A DNA stretch of 64,000 nucleotides, taken from Chrysomallon squamiferum. Its lineage: Eukaryota; Animalia; Mollusca. Shown here piece by piece: positions 41,200 to 64,000 of this stretch. Made by a program: the position numbers and the translations under genes. The stretch covers positions 15,624,001 through 15,688,000 of the forward strand of contig CM022669.1 of NCBI GenBank assembly GCA_012295275.1, read 5' to 3'. The notes under the pieces are model-generated. The model had not been told where the DNA came from, did no database searches, and saw only the letters and a program-made list of their open reading frames with translations. Numbering within the stretch: the stretch's first letter is position 1; each line of letters begins with the position of its first letter.

Positions 41200-41756
41200 A
41201 AGAAAAGAAAATGAAAGAAAAATAAAGAAAATCGATATCACAAGTGATGCATGTATATCTGACTATTAACATCAGTTTGATCGATTTGTTTTAATTTTAA
41301 TTTTTTTTTTTTTTTTTTTTTATAAATCCTATCCAAGCATTAAACTACGACTGTTTGCTAACAGCGAGATTCTTGTTATCTCGGCATTATTTTAATTTTA
41401 TGGAAACAATGCTTAAACAATAAAAACGATAGTTATTAATTTGTTCATCTTGATCAAAATCACTGACTGAAATGAAGATATTTGTTCAGTGACTCAACAA
41501 CATTACACGTGTTATTAATGACAGTTATTATCCAGTCGCATGAACTGATATTATCTTAGAACAAAAACCAAGCTGATTTTCTCTCACAGAGGCTGGATTT
41601 GAACTGGAATTATAGATTTCTTAAAAATTTCGCCACGCGTCGACTGAAATTTGTGAATCTTTCGCACTCTGAGCGAGCATTTCACAGAGTGAAATCAAAC
41701 TGTTTTAATATAAATTAGCATTATTTTATTATCTTTAATTTTTTTATTCAGTTTTC

Positions 41757-41814
<58 letters not shown>

Positions 41815-41833
41815 CAATAATAAAAACAACATA

Positions 41834-41899
<66 letters not shown>

Positions 41900-42345
41900 G
41901 CTACTGGTACTACTGGTACTACTATTGTACTATTGTTATTATTACTACTGTTACTACTATTATTATATTTATGATTATGATCATGATTATTATTATTATT
42001 ATTGTTATTATAAGGACAATGTTGATGATGATGCAAAAGCAGTATTTATATTAGTAGGAGTAGTGACTTCAGCAGTTTAGGGCATTATTGTTCAAATAGT
42101 ACTTATAGTAGTTTTGGTGGATGTACTAGTAGCTATGGTAATGACTATAGTATATGTAATAACAGTATTAACTATAACATTAGTGGTAGTAATAGTAATA
42201 AAAGTTGTAGCTGGAGTCACAATAATAGTAGAAGCTTTAATAGCAGCAACCTCAGCACCAAAAGTAACAACAACAGCAGTACTAGTAATAGTAATAACAG
42301 TTGTATTAGTAGTAGTATTAGTAGTTAGTGGTAGTAATAAAAAAA

Positions 42346-42690
<345 letters not shown>

Positions 42691-42854
42691 ATGAACAGAA
42701 GCATCAGATTGTTATTTATTATCTGATGTCGGCCTGGGATGATTTTGTAACCGTCCAGCTGTTTGTGCGATTTGTACGAAAAAGTATAAACTTTTATGTG
42801 ACCAAGTATATAATATTCTCATTATTACAGATTTATAATATTCTTTTTACAAAA

Positions 42855-42913
<59 letters not shown>

Positions 42914-42956
42914 ACAAACAAAATGATAAATTGTACAAAATATTTATATTTATATA

Positions 42957-43018
<62 letters not shown>

Positions 43019-43254
43019 GTGTATGTGTATTTGCATGTGTGAGTTTAACTCGTTCGGTGACAGACTTCGTAACTCAGTTTGCACGTATATCAAATCATTT
43101 TTTCCAACTGAAATTAACTGAAATACCATTTATCCGTTCCAGGCCCCAAAACCACCCTATTTGTTTTGTAACGTGTTTCTAAATAAGAAAAATGTATTTA
43201 TAAATGGCAAATAGTGTATAAAAAAACAAAATAAAAGAGAATATATATATAATT

Positions 43255-44200
43255 TTATTATCTGTAATCATAATGAAAATACTTTCACTGCTCCAGTTGC
43301 AGTGTGCGTATAAAAGAATAATTTATTTTCGAAAAAAAAGCTTAAAAAAAAAAAAATGAAAAACAAAAGCTGGAAAAAAGGATAAAATTAAAATACCGTC
43401 AAATACTCATTTAAGAACAAAAAACTATCACAAACGACTGACATGATTATGAAACAAAAATAACAGTACGCAGTTGAACAGTATATTCAGATGTATTTGT
43501 ATCAGTTTCTGGAGCGCAACGGAAATCGGAATGAATGCAGCCGATGGATAATTCTCGTTCTAACCAGTACTCCACGACTAGTGTTTCAGAAGCTGTGATA
43601 AGTACAAGCCTGAGGTAAGGTACACAATCAGTGTATATCTTATTTGTATACGAGGTGACGGCTATCCAGATGCCTGTCGAAACGACCAGGTAACCACTGA
43701 ACGCCCAGTTGATAAAATCCACCACCATGGAAAAGTAAAATGACCAATGTTTTGAAAAAAAAAAAAGCACACACACACACAAAACACACACACACACAAA
43801 AAAGGGTGAAAACAACAAAACAAACAAACAAAAAAAAAAAAGCAGAAGAAAAAAAACACACACCTAGCTACTCATTCACTGAGTGATTGACTAACTGAAC
43901 GAATGAATGAGAATTACTAACTGACTTGCTTACTTATTTACTGAGTGATCGACTGTGTAATCGATTGACTGACTGACTTACTGACTAACTAACTGACTGA
44001 TTGACTGATTGACTGACTGACTGTTAGACTGACTGACCGACTTACCTACAGACATACTGACTGATTGACTAACAAACGGACTAACTACAACTGACTGACT
44101 GACCGACTGACTGACTGACTTACCGACTGACTGACTGACTGACCGACCGACTGACTGACTAGTTGACTGACTGACTGACCGACTGACTAATTGACTGACT
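43255..44200 (-). pseudogene. decayed partial duplicate of the 3' end of Amt copy C (last intron, start of last exon, downstream sequence)
   Basis: 43651-43960 aligns to about 52257-52660 (GGGFYQLGVQ, CACCTAGCTACTCATTCACTGA, then (GACT)n). The acceptor CAG is mutated to CAT at 43727 and the exon is frameshifted. 43455-43624 aligns to 51086-51254. About 1 kb of the original is missing. Confidence 0.85.
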
Positions 44201-44522
44201 AAACTGTCTTTATAAATGACTGAGTTTGTGCTGATTTACTATTTGACCGAAGAGATAATTTATATAAATAACTATCTGGTCGACTGATTTACTGATTGGC
44301 TTTCTGGCTGACTATTTGTTTTACTGACGCGCTGTGTCCAACTGGCTGACTAAGTTCATTCGTTATAAAGCTTATTAAGTTGTTATGAATGTACATACAA
44401 CCAGTTACGCTACCAAATATAAACTACAATATTAGTTTTATTAAGATAAATAATGCCGGAAATGTATAAAACAACAAAATACATTAATAAAGAAATAAAG
44501 AACGAAACACTGAAAAATAATA

Positions 44523-44561
<39 letters not shown>

Positions 44562-44819
44562 GAACGGTTCTAAAAAAGGAGATTATTTCTAGTCACGCGA
44601 TGTTGGAGTCACTCGTAAGAAGGAGGAAATGAAGAACAAGGAAGAACAAAAGCTATTTTGGGAATCGCTGGGAATTCCTACCTACGCATAAGGAAATGTT
44701 TCCCCCAAAAAACAAAAAACAAACAAATAACCATAATCACTTCTCGGAAATAAAACGATATCCGAAGACGCAGTTTAATACGAGGTATGTTGTTCATTTT
44801 CTTAAGCTCTTTGCTAAGG

Positions 44820-45520
44820 AGAAAATTCAAAAGAAAAAACGATCAACATTTACATTAGGTATGTGCACAAATATTTCAAAATCCACTAATCTGAAGTTGG
44901 GTAGAGCTTGTAAACCTCTTTAAAATGATACCCAAATCAAGTGAATATGTTAAACATTAAGGAAGTAGCTGCAGTTTTAAACCCCCTAACAAGCACTTAT
45001 TTTCGTCCCGTTAAACGCTATTTAAGTCATTAGAGGTTTGTGACCGAAAATAGCTATATTTTAACATTCCCCCTCTATCTTTGTTAATAATCAAGCTTTC
45101 GTGATGAAATTTTCGGCGAAGACCAATGCCAATCTCTGCTATCGATTATATCTGTAAAAATTAAAAAGAAGTTATTAATTAAGGTACCAGCAGCCTAACA
45201 AACTTAAGTGGAAAAAGTGCCGATTTTGTCCATTTCCCGCCACTCCCAAATTTCTTCTGTAAAATATAACATGAAAAACAATTACACTCAAATACAGATT
45301 TCTATGCGCTCTTTTAAATGGTGATGTTGTTTTTGTTATGTGTTAAATCAGTAGTTTGTATGAGAGTCTTAAACGTGGTGGGGGTAAGCGAACTTTGTGA
45401 ACAAAGCGCTGAGCTAAAGGCTATTTTTAGCACCGACGAAGGTCAAAGTTCGATGTTTCTAACAAAGGTACATGTCGCTATCAATACCAATGGCGTATAA
45501 ATTTATAACAAAAGTTAAAT
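44820..45520. mobile_element. possible non-autonomous DNA-transposon-like fragment
   Basis: Non-coding, microsatellite-free, higher-complexity block with wording I associate with invertebrate MITE interiors (GTAGAGCTTGTAAACCTCTTTAAAATGATACCCAAAT). No TIR or TSD identified. Confidence 0.25.
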
Positions 45521-46543
45521 GTATATTGCTTGCCTTAAAATAAACTAAAAAAAAAAAAAAAAAAAAAAAAAAAAGAAGAAGAAAGAAAGGAAAAAGTAGC
45601 AAACATATAAAAGACCTGCTGCTATTTAAAATGAGAGAAACTATGTTTATATTTTTAATAACTTTTGGGATGCATAGTTTTCTCCTGTGTTCGGATTTCT
45701 AAAGTATATACATTATAATATGAATACGATCAGAAATAAACTAACTTCGTGTTTTGCTTTAAAAATTCTTGCGATAAATGGCGAATAAAAAATCATAAAC
45801 ATAACAAACTGTACTTCAAAACAGTACAATGAATGTATTCTGTGAATCTAAGTACCAGAGGTATTCATAGAATATTAAATACGAAACGTACAACTTTTTC
45901 CTTTTAATCGTAAAACCATAAACTGATAAATCTTAAAGTGTTCAGTTTTAAAACTTAGGCTATTTTTGCATCAAGTGTTGATTTTCTCCATCAGAGAAAA
46001 CATCAGCGATGGTCACATGATACACTGATAGGTATCTTTTATTTGCTGTCAAATCACAGGAAGTACAAACACAAAGCCAAGAAAATTATTTTGTCTGCTT
46101 CAAATGACACTTACCATACCTGTGTCTTTAATGTCATGATTACATACATATTGTATTGTTCCCAGTTAAGACCGGCAACACCTTTCTGAGTTTATGTGTT
46201 GCAGAGGATTATAGTTAAACATCAAATGCTAGTAATCGGCAAAACAATATTAATTGGTTTATTTCAGAACGAATTCATATTATATTTAGTAAAAGTCACA
46301 ACATTTAATGAAACACGCATCCTACAAGCTATTAAACATATAATCGACATAGATTATAGAAATATAATCATTTCAAATAGCACCAGTTATTTGTAGTTGC
46401 ACATAAAATCTATGGCGACTTAACTAGGTAGGAAACAATTTACATTAAATATATATGTATGCTACTATGTAATGTATGCACAAAATAAATATATAAATAA
46501 ATAAATAAATACATAAATAAAAAGAACAGAACAACAACAACAA

Positions 46544-46589
<46 letters not shown>

Positions 46590-46674
46590 TTTATAAATAT
46601 AAGAGTTTCTAAAAATGGCGATTTACTTATAGTCAGATGACGCCAAGAAAACAATGTTTGTTATGGGAACAGCT

Positions 46675-46685
46675 GGGAATTTCCC
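46675..46685 (+). promoter_or_regulatory. consensus NF-kB site upstream of the membrane-protein gene
   Basis: GGGAATTTCCC lies about 165 bp upstream of a candidate donor (AA|GTAAGG at 46850/46851) and about 280 bp upstream of the ATG. CCAAT at 46819-46823. Confidence 0.4.
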
Positions 46686-46723
46686 AAACTTAATTCTTCT
46701 TCTTCTTCTTCTTCTTCTTCTTC

Positions 46724-46760
<37 letters not shown>

Positions 46761-46965
46761 TCTATTTTTACTGTAAGTATTGCTACGTGTTGAAATGAAA
46801 CAGATATGAATAATGCAGCCAATAGTCCTGCTCATGTTTGTTTATATGAAGTAAGGATATATATATTTTTTTTAAATGAATATATTCTCACTCTTTAAAT
46901 GCTGTTATATTTATTATATTATATATATATATATTTTATTTTTTTATTTTTTTTTATTTTCAGCA

Positions 46966-49290
46966 ATGGCTTCAAGCCAAGGGATCGTTCTGTTTGTTTT
47001 CTCCTTTGCCGCTTTGTTTATCATCGCCTGCTACCCGTGGGCACACGCAGTTGGAAACAGTAGAACGTACAGCTCCAGTGAACATTTCATTTCATTAACA
47101 AACACGACTACCTGTTCTTTGCGTCCTACAAATGAAAGTGGATCTTACCTAAGTGAATACTTTGACGACCCTGACAATTTCTTTGTCTTTCTGAATATTC
47201 AGTTGGATGGCAAGAACCCTGTTAACACGTCAGCAGATGAAGATGTCATTTTACCTATGCGGTGGATTTGGGCTTACGGAGAAGGCCTGGACTATCTGAG
47301 GTGGCCGAGAGAATTTTTCATATGGAGGCTTCTTTTTCGTAGTTCTAACGCAATTGAAGAGAAACCCGTTATACTTTCTGCTTTTCCTCCGAACTGTGCG
47401 CTAACATACGGCGAAACCGAGACGACTGTGATGGTAGTCAGTGCACTGGGTGATGTTGCTCTCAACTACTTGAAACCGAAAGAGCGACATTACAGTGAAA
47501 GTAACTGGTGTTACATGAGAACAGTTAAAAACGCACGTGCTCACACGTTGGTACGAAATTTTGGCACTTTTATCGGAGATCTTGGCTACAGATGCTGTCA
47601 GGTGTTCCAGAACAGAACAGTCAAGTGCCACGATCAGTCAAGAACACCGTTCTCGTTTTATGTATACCTTCCTTTTTATATGTCATTTATCTTGCTTCTG
47701 ATATCACCGATTATCTTGTCTGTTGTCCACTACTGGATTTCCAAATCCATATCGATCGGTTCGTTTTGCCACAATGGATATGAAAGTATCAACGACAAAG
47801 AAGATCAGTGGTATTTTCTTGGCGACATGAGCCCAGTTACGATCTCCTCTGTCATAATGACACTTATTGAAAAGGTCACAGGCAACAAGATTAAAATAGT
47901 CATATTTGTCTTCAAGTGTCTAACATGTGTTCTGGTGTTTCCGATATGCATTTATATCAGGCTGGCCATTTACAAACATTCTGAATACGTTTACATGTTT
48001 CTTTTGGCCAAAATAGAACATAATCTACCTGTAGGATTTTCGGCAATGCTTTTCGATTTCCATAAACAATCGATTAACTTTTTGACGCTAACAGGCGGGC
48101 CGACGGTCATGTTTGTTGTATTTTCTGCGATAGTAGTTTTATTTCTGACTCTTGACCACAGGACAGAGTACGACGATGCGGTTAAGAAGGACGTAGAACA
48201 AGCAGTTTGTCTGGACGAAGTTTCGAGCGACGACATGTTCTTCATTATTAAAGATAACAGCAAACGAACGATCCGGGCGGATTGCTGGAAGAAAGCACTC
48301 GGGGAACAATCTAAATGTAAAATTCTGCTGAACATTTTGTCAATCGTTAGCTTCAATCTGATTCCTCTTGTATTCGCCTTTCGTTTACTCTTGGTTCGAG
48401 TTATTCGCTTGATGGAAAAGATGTTCGAGAACAGAAACAAGAGATTTTTTCTTTGTGAAATAGTTGCCGGGATCATGTGCTGTTATCTTCTTTATGGATA
48501 TTGTGCTATATTTATTGCCAGCGTTGAATTTCTTCTACTCGTTACACTATTTATGTTCACAGAAATGCTTACAGATCCTGATGTTTTTGGGGGATATATC
48601 GCTCTGGTTTTTGGTTTGACGTTTATTATTTTCCGCAGTCTGAGATATCCAGCACACAAATACATGCGTCTGTTAGACTTAACAGTTGATACTTTGAAGA
48701 AAACGTGCAATGTGCAAACCGTCTGCACAATCGATAAGGATGTCTTGAAACTCATTTTTTATGACCCCAAACGGATAAAGCAGTATTCTCGTATCGCAAG
48801 AGAAGACAGCGATCACTGCGAGATAATCAAAAACACGCTCGTGTTTTCGTCTGCCAACGAGATTAACTCATTCTGGATAAACGGAACGAATGTGAATCTG
48901 GTGAACGATCAAGTTATCGAAGGTCGTTCAGCCAAACCGTGTCTAAGATACGAATACGGACGACTTGGAGTTAACAGAGATCTGTTTAACTACTTAACAA
49001 AGGTGCTGAAACCGGTGTGGCACGTCATGTTAATAACCGTGTCAAAAACGATTCTGTCGACCTCTTTGTTAATACTAGTCGGACATTTTGTGAAGGAAAT
49101 GCATCTTGAGGCACATATCGGTGCAATAGCTAACGTGTTAACAGTTTACATTCTCGTGCAGTTACCAGCTATGCTTGTAATCATTGCTCGAGATAGCAGT
49201 CCTGAAATCAGAAAGTTTTGCCTCAGGGAAAGGATAATGTACGAAACTGTGAAATATCACGAGAACTGTGAGAACAGCAATAACAAATAA
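46966..49290 (+). CDS. uncharacterised multi-pass membrane protein (~774 aa, single coding exon)
   Basis: 2.3-kb stop-free GC-elevated ORF, with the acceptor TTTTTATTTTCAG directly before CAATGG. It has a signal-like N-terminus (MASSQGIVLFVFSFAALFIIACYPWAHA), a ~200-aa Cys-containing ectodomain with NxS/T sequons (NTT, NES, NTS, NRT), then about 8-10 hydrophobic segments. Confidence 0.85.
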   Translation: MASSQGIVLFVFSFAALFIIACYPWAHAVGNSRTYSSSEHFISLTNTTTCSLRPTNESGSYLSEYFDDPDNFFVFLNIQLDGKNPVNTSADEDVILPMRWIWAYGEGLDYLRWPREFFIWRLLFRSSNAIEEKPVILSAFPPNCALTYGETETTVMVVSALGDVALNYLKPKERHYSESNWCYMRTVKNARAHTLVRNFGTFIGDLGYRCCQVFQNRTVKCHDQSRTPFSFYVYLPFYMSFILLLISPIILSVVHYWISKSISIGSFCHNGYESINDKEDQWYFLGDMSPVTISSVIMTLIEKVTGNKIKIVIFVFKCLTCVLVFPICIYIRLAIYKHSEYVYMFLLAKIEHNLPVGFSAMLFDFHKQSINFLTLTGGPTVMFVVFSAIVVLFLTLDHRTEYDDAVKKDVEQAVCLDEVSSDDMFFIIKDNSKRTIRADCWKKALGEQSKCKILLNILSIVSFNLIPLVFAFRLLLVRVIRLMEKMFENRNKRFFLCEIVAGIMCCYLLYGYCAIFIASVEFLLLVTLFMFTEMLTDPDVFGGYIALVFGLTFIIFRSLRYPAHKYMRLLDLTVDTLKKTCNVQTVCTIDKDVLKLIFYDPKRIKQYSRIAREDSDHCEIIKNTLVFSSANEINSFWINGTNVNLVNDQVIEGRSAKPCLRYEYGRLGVNRDLFNYLTKVLKPVWHVMLITVSKTILSTSLLILVGHFVKEMHLEAHIGAIANVLTVYILVQLPAMLVIIARDSSPEIRKFCLRERIMYETVKYHENCENSNNK

Positions 49291-49399
49291 GTGTGACTTT
49301 ACAAGTACTTCTTACGTTCAGTAGCTGCGACTTCTACAGACATGCATTTTCTTTTTATTGGTCTACTAGTTACCATATTTATAAATGTGTCCATCATTT

Positions 49400-49740
49400 T
49401 ACTGATTGTAATATCTGTATGATGTTGACTCTTTTACTGATAATAACATCTGTATACTTTAACTCTTTAATCGTTAAAGCATCTGTATATGTTAACTTTT
49501 TTTACTAGATTTAAGATCTGTATATGCTAACTCTTTACTAGTTATAACATCTGTATATGTTAACTTTTTTACTAGTTTTAAGATCTGTATATGTTACTTC
49601 TTACGGTAACCGTAACATCTGTTTTTGTTAATTCTTTTGCTGACTGTAATATATGTATATGTTAAATCTTTCGCTAGTTATGACATCTGTACACATTCAT
49701 TCTTTTATTAAGTGTAATATCTGAATATCTGTTAACTACC
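49400..49740. repeat. degenerate ~35-40-bp tandem repeat in the 3' region of the membrane-protein gene
   Basis: Recurring ACATCTGTATATGTTAACTCTTTACTAG-like units. Confidence 0.7.
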
Positions 49741-50501
49741 CTCTGTCACTAAGAGTATAAATATAATGAATGAAAAACGTTCTTGTTCTTCCAAGTTCAT
49801 TTTAGATGCACTTCATAAAAAAACATGTATGAATTATTATTGTTATTGTTATTGTTATTATTATTATTTTTGAATAAAAAAAAAAGAAAAAGGTTACTCC
49901 ATTGTTGTCGTGCATCAGCTAAGTTTATTAAAAAAGATATAACAACAGTTTAACGAAGAGCTCGAAAAATAATTATAATATATCAAAAATGTGGGCTTTA
50001 CTTCAGTTAAAGAACATATATGATGATGATCATAATAACAACAACAACAACAACAACAACAGAAGAGATAAGAATTATCCCAGCGGATGCAGCAGTAAAA
50101 CAGAAGTTGTGGTAGTAGTAATACGAGTAGTAGTGGTAGTAGTAGTAGTAATAATACAAGTAGTAGTGGTAGTAGCAGTAGTAGTAGTAGTAGTAGTAGT
50201 AGTACTATTAATACTAGTAGTAGTAGTACTATTAATACTAGTAATAGTAGTTGTACTAGTAGTAGTTGCACTAATATTACTATTATTACTATTACTATTA
50301 ATACTACTACTCCTATTTCTATATCTACTACTACTATTACCACTATTATTATTATTGCTACTACTACTACCACTACTAGTAATAATAGTAACAGTAGTAG
50401 AAATAGAAGTAATAGTAATAGGAGTAGTAGTAATAATAGTAATAGTAGTCATATTAGCAGTAATAATTATAAAAGTAGTAGTAATAGTGTAGATATATAT
50501 A

Positions 50502-50536
<35 letters not shown>

Positions 50537-50540
50537 TTTT

Positions 50541-50639
<99 letters not shown>

Positions 50640-50943
50640 CTCTCTTTCTCTCCGTCCTGGTTTCTGTTTCTCTCTATTTCTCTATCTGATTTTTTTCTCT
50701 CTGTGTCTCTGTCTCACACCATACATACACATGCAGCAGAAATGCATATGGAAAATGTAAATTATTATATATAATCATAGTCACAAATACTTTCACTACT
50801 CCAAGTGCACTGAGTAAGTGTACTTTGTGTTATGGATCCTCCAGCTGTCTCAAATCCAGACAAATGTCATCTGTCCCATGCAATCATTGAACCTATATTT
50901 ATCTATACCTATCTGTCTGTCTGACTTTCTGTCTGTCTGTCTC

Positions 50944-50987
<44 letters not shown>

Positions 50988-51312
50988 TCTATGTATAAGA
51001 ATAATTTATTTTACAGAAAAACAAATAATAATAATAACATCACAACGAACATGAAAATAAAAGAAAAATCTTTATGAACTGAGTACAAAATAACAGTATG
51101 CAGTTAAACAGTATATTCAGATATATTTGTATCAGTTTCTGGCGTGCAGTATACGTCGACATCGATGCAACCAATGGATAATTCTCGTTCTAACCAGTAC
51201 TCCACGACTAGTGTTTCAGAAGCTGTGATAAGTACAAGCCTGAGGTAAGGTACATATTAAGAACGGTAAAACAGCATTTATGTTAATCAATACGAGTAGG
51301 AATTGACGTAGT

Positions 51313-51355
<43 letters not shown>

Positions 51356-51485
51356 CTTTTTTTTTTTGTCAGTCATATTTTATTTTATTTATTTATTTAC
51401 TTATTTAGTGTATATTTGATTTTTATATATATCTATATACAGATATATATATTTATTATTATTATTATAATTATTGTTGTTGTCT

Positions 51486-51518
<33 letters not shown>

Positions 51519-51653
51519 TTTTTTTTTTTTTTTTTTTTTCTTTCTTAGTTACAGCCATTTGATGGATATTAGTAAACCTAAGTAAAATACGGTTGAGATG
51601 TCGTTATGTGAACATTCTCAGCAAATATCTAATGTCCACTGTGTGTGCCAGAA

Positions 51654-63836
<12,183 letters not shown>

Positions 63837-64000
63837 GTTATGATCAATTTTCCATAGGCAGGTGCGAAAATAAATCAATCTATATCAGGTAGATACGATC
63901 ATCAAATTGTCTAACGAGAAATGGTCACGAAGGTGGTTTGCTACGAAAATACACCTTCCGCCTTTGATATTTACTTATTCAAACTGGACATTATTATTTG

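Noticed and set aside
46876-46965. First 30 aa of the 804-aa ORF
   Set aside because: This is AT-rich intron tail ending in TTTTCAG. The real start is ATG 46966.
47401-48755. Antisense and alternate-frame ORFs inside the 774-aa gene (and similar ones over Amt exons, e.g. 51785-52580 and 23851-24072)
   Set aside because: Shadow ORFs of GC-richer coding sequence, with no independent signals.

Overview
AT-rich, microsatellite-laden, intron-containing animal genomic DNA. The composition is invertebrate-like, plausibly mollusc or cephalopod, but the taxon cannot be fixed from sequence. Most ORF-track entries are microsatellite artefacts, and the real genes were rebuilt by hand from GT-AG exons with consistent phases. 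Left to right: (1) 15 coding exons of a PARP6/PARP8-type mono-ADP-ribosyltransferase (- strand, runs off the left edge) with an extra UBA exon. (2) Head-to-head with it, a 139-aa secreted precursor carrying two C-x-CC-x7/9-CC-x2-C peptides, dibasic cleavage sites and a C-terminal amidation Gly, behind a TATA box with NF-kB-type sites. (3) A tandem array of three ammonium transporter (Amt) genes on the - strand. (4) Between the 2nd and 3rd Amt: an orphan coding exon, a decayed copy of the 3' end of the 3rd Amt, and an uncharacterised ~774-aa multi-pass membrane protein gene. The 3rd Amt has two duplicated 109-nt alternative first coding exons (variable N-terminus plus TM1 on a shared body), a long basic C-tail and a 1-nt frameshift in a G-run. 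Every predicted Amt start is preceded by a short upstream ORF. Best candidates for new biology: the Cys-rich peptide precursor, the variable-first-exon Amt, and the orphan membrane protein.
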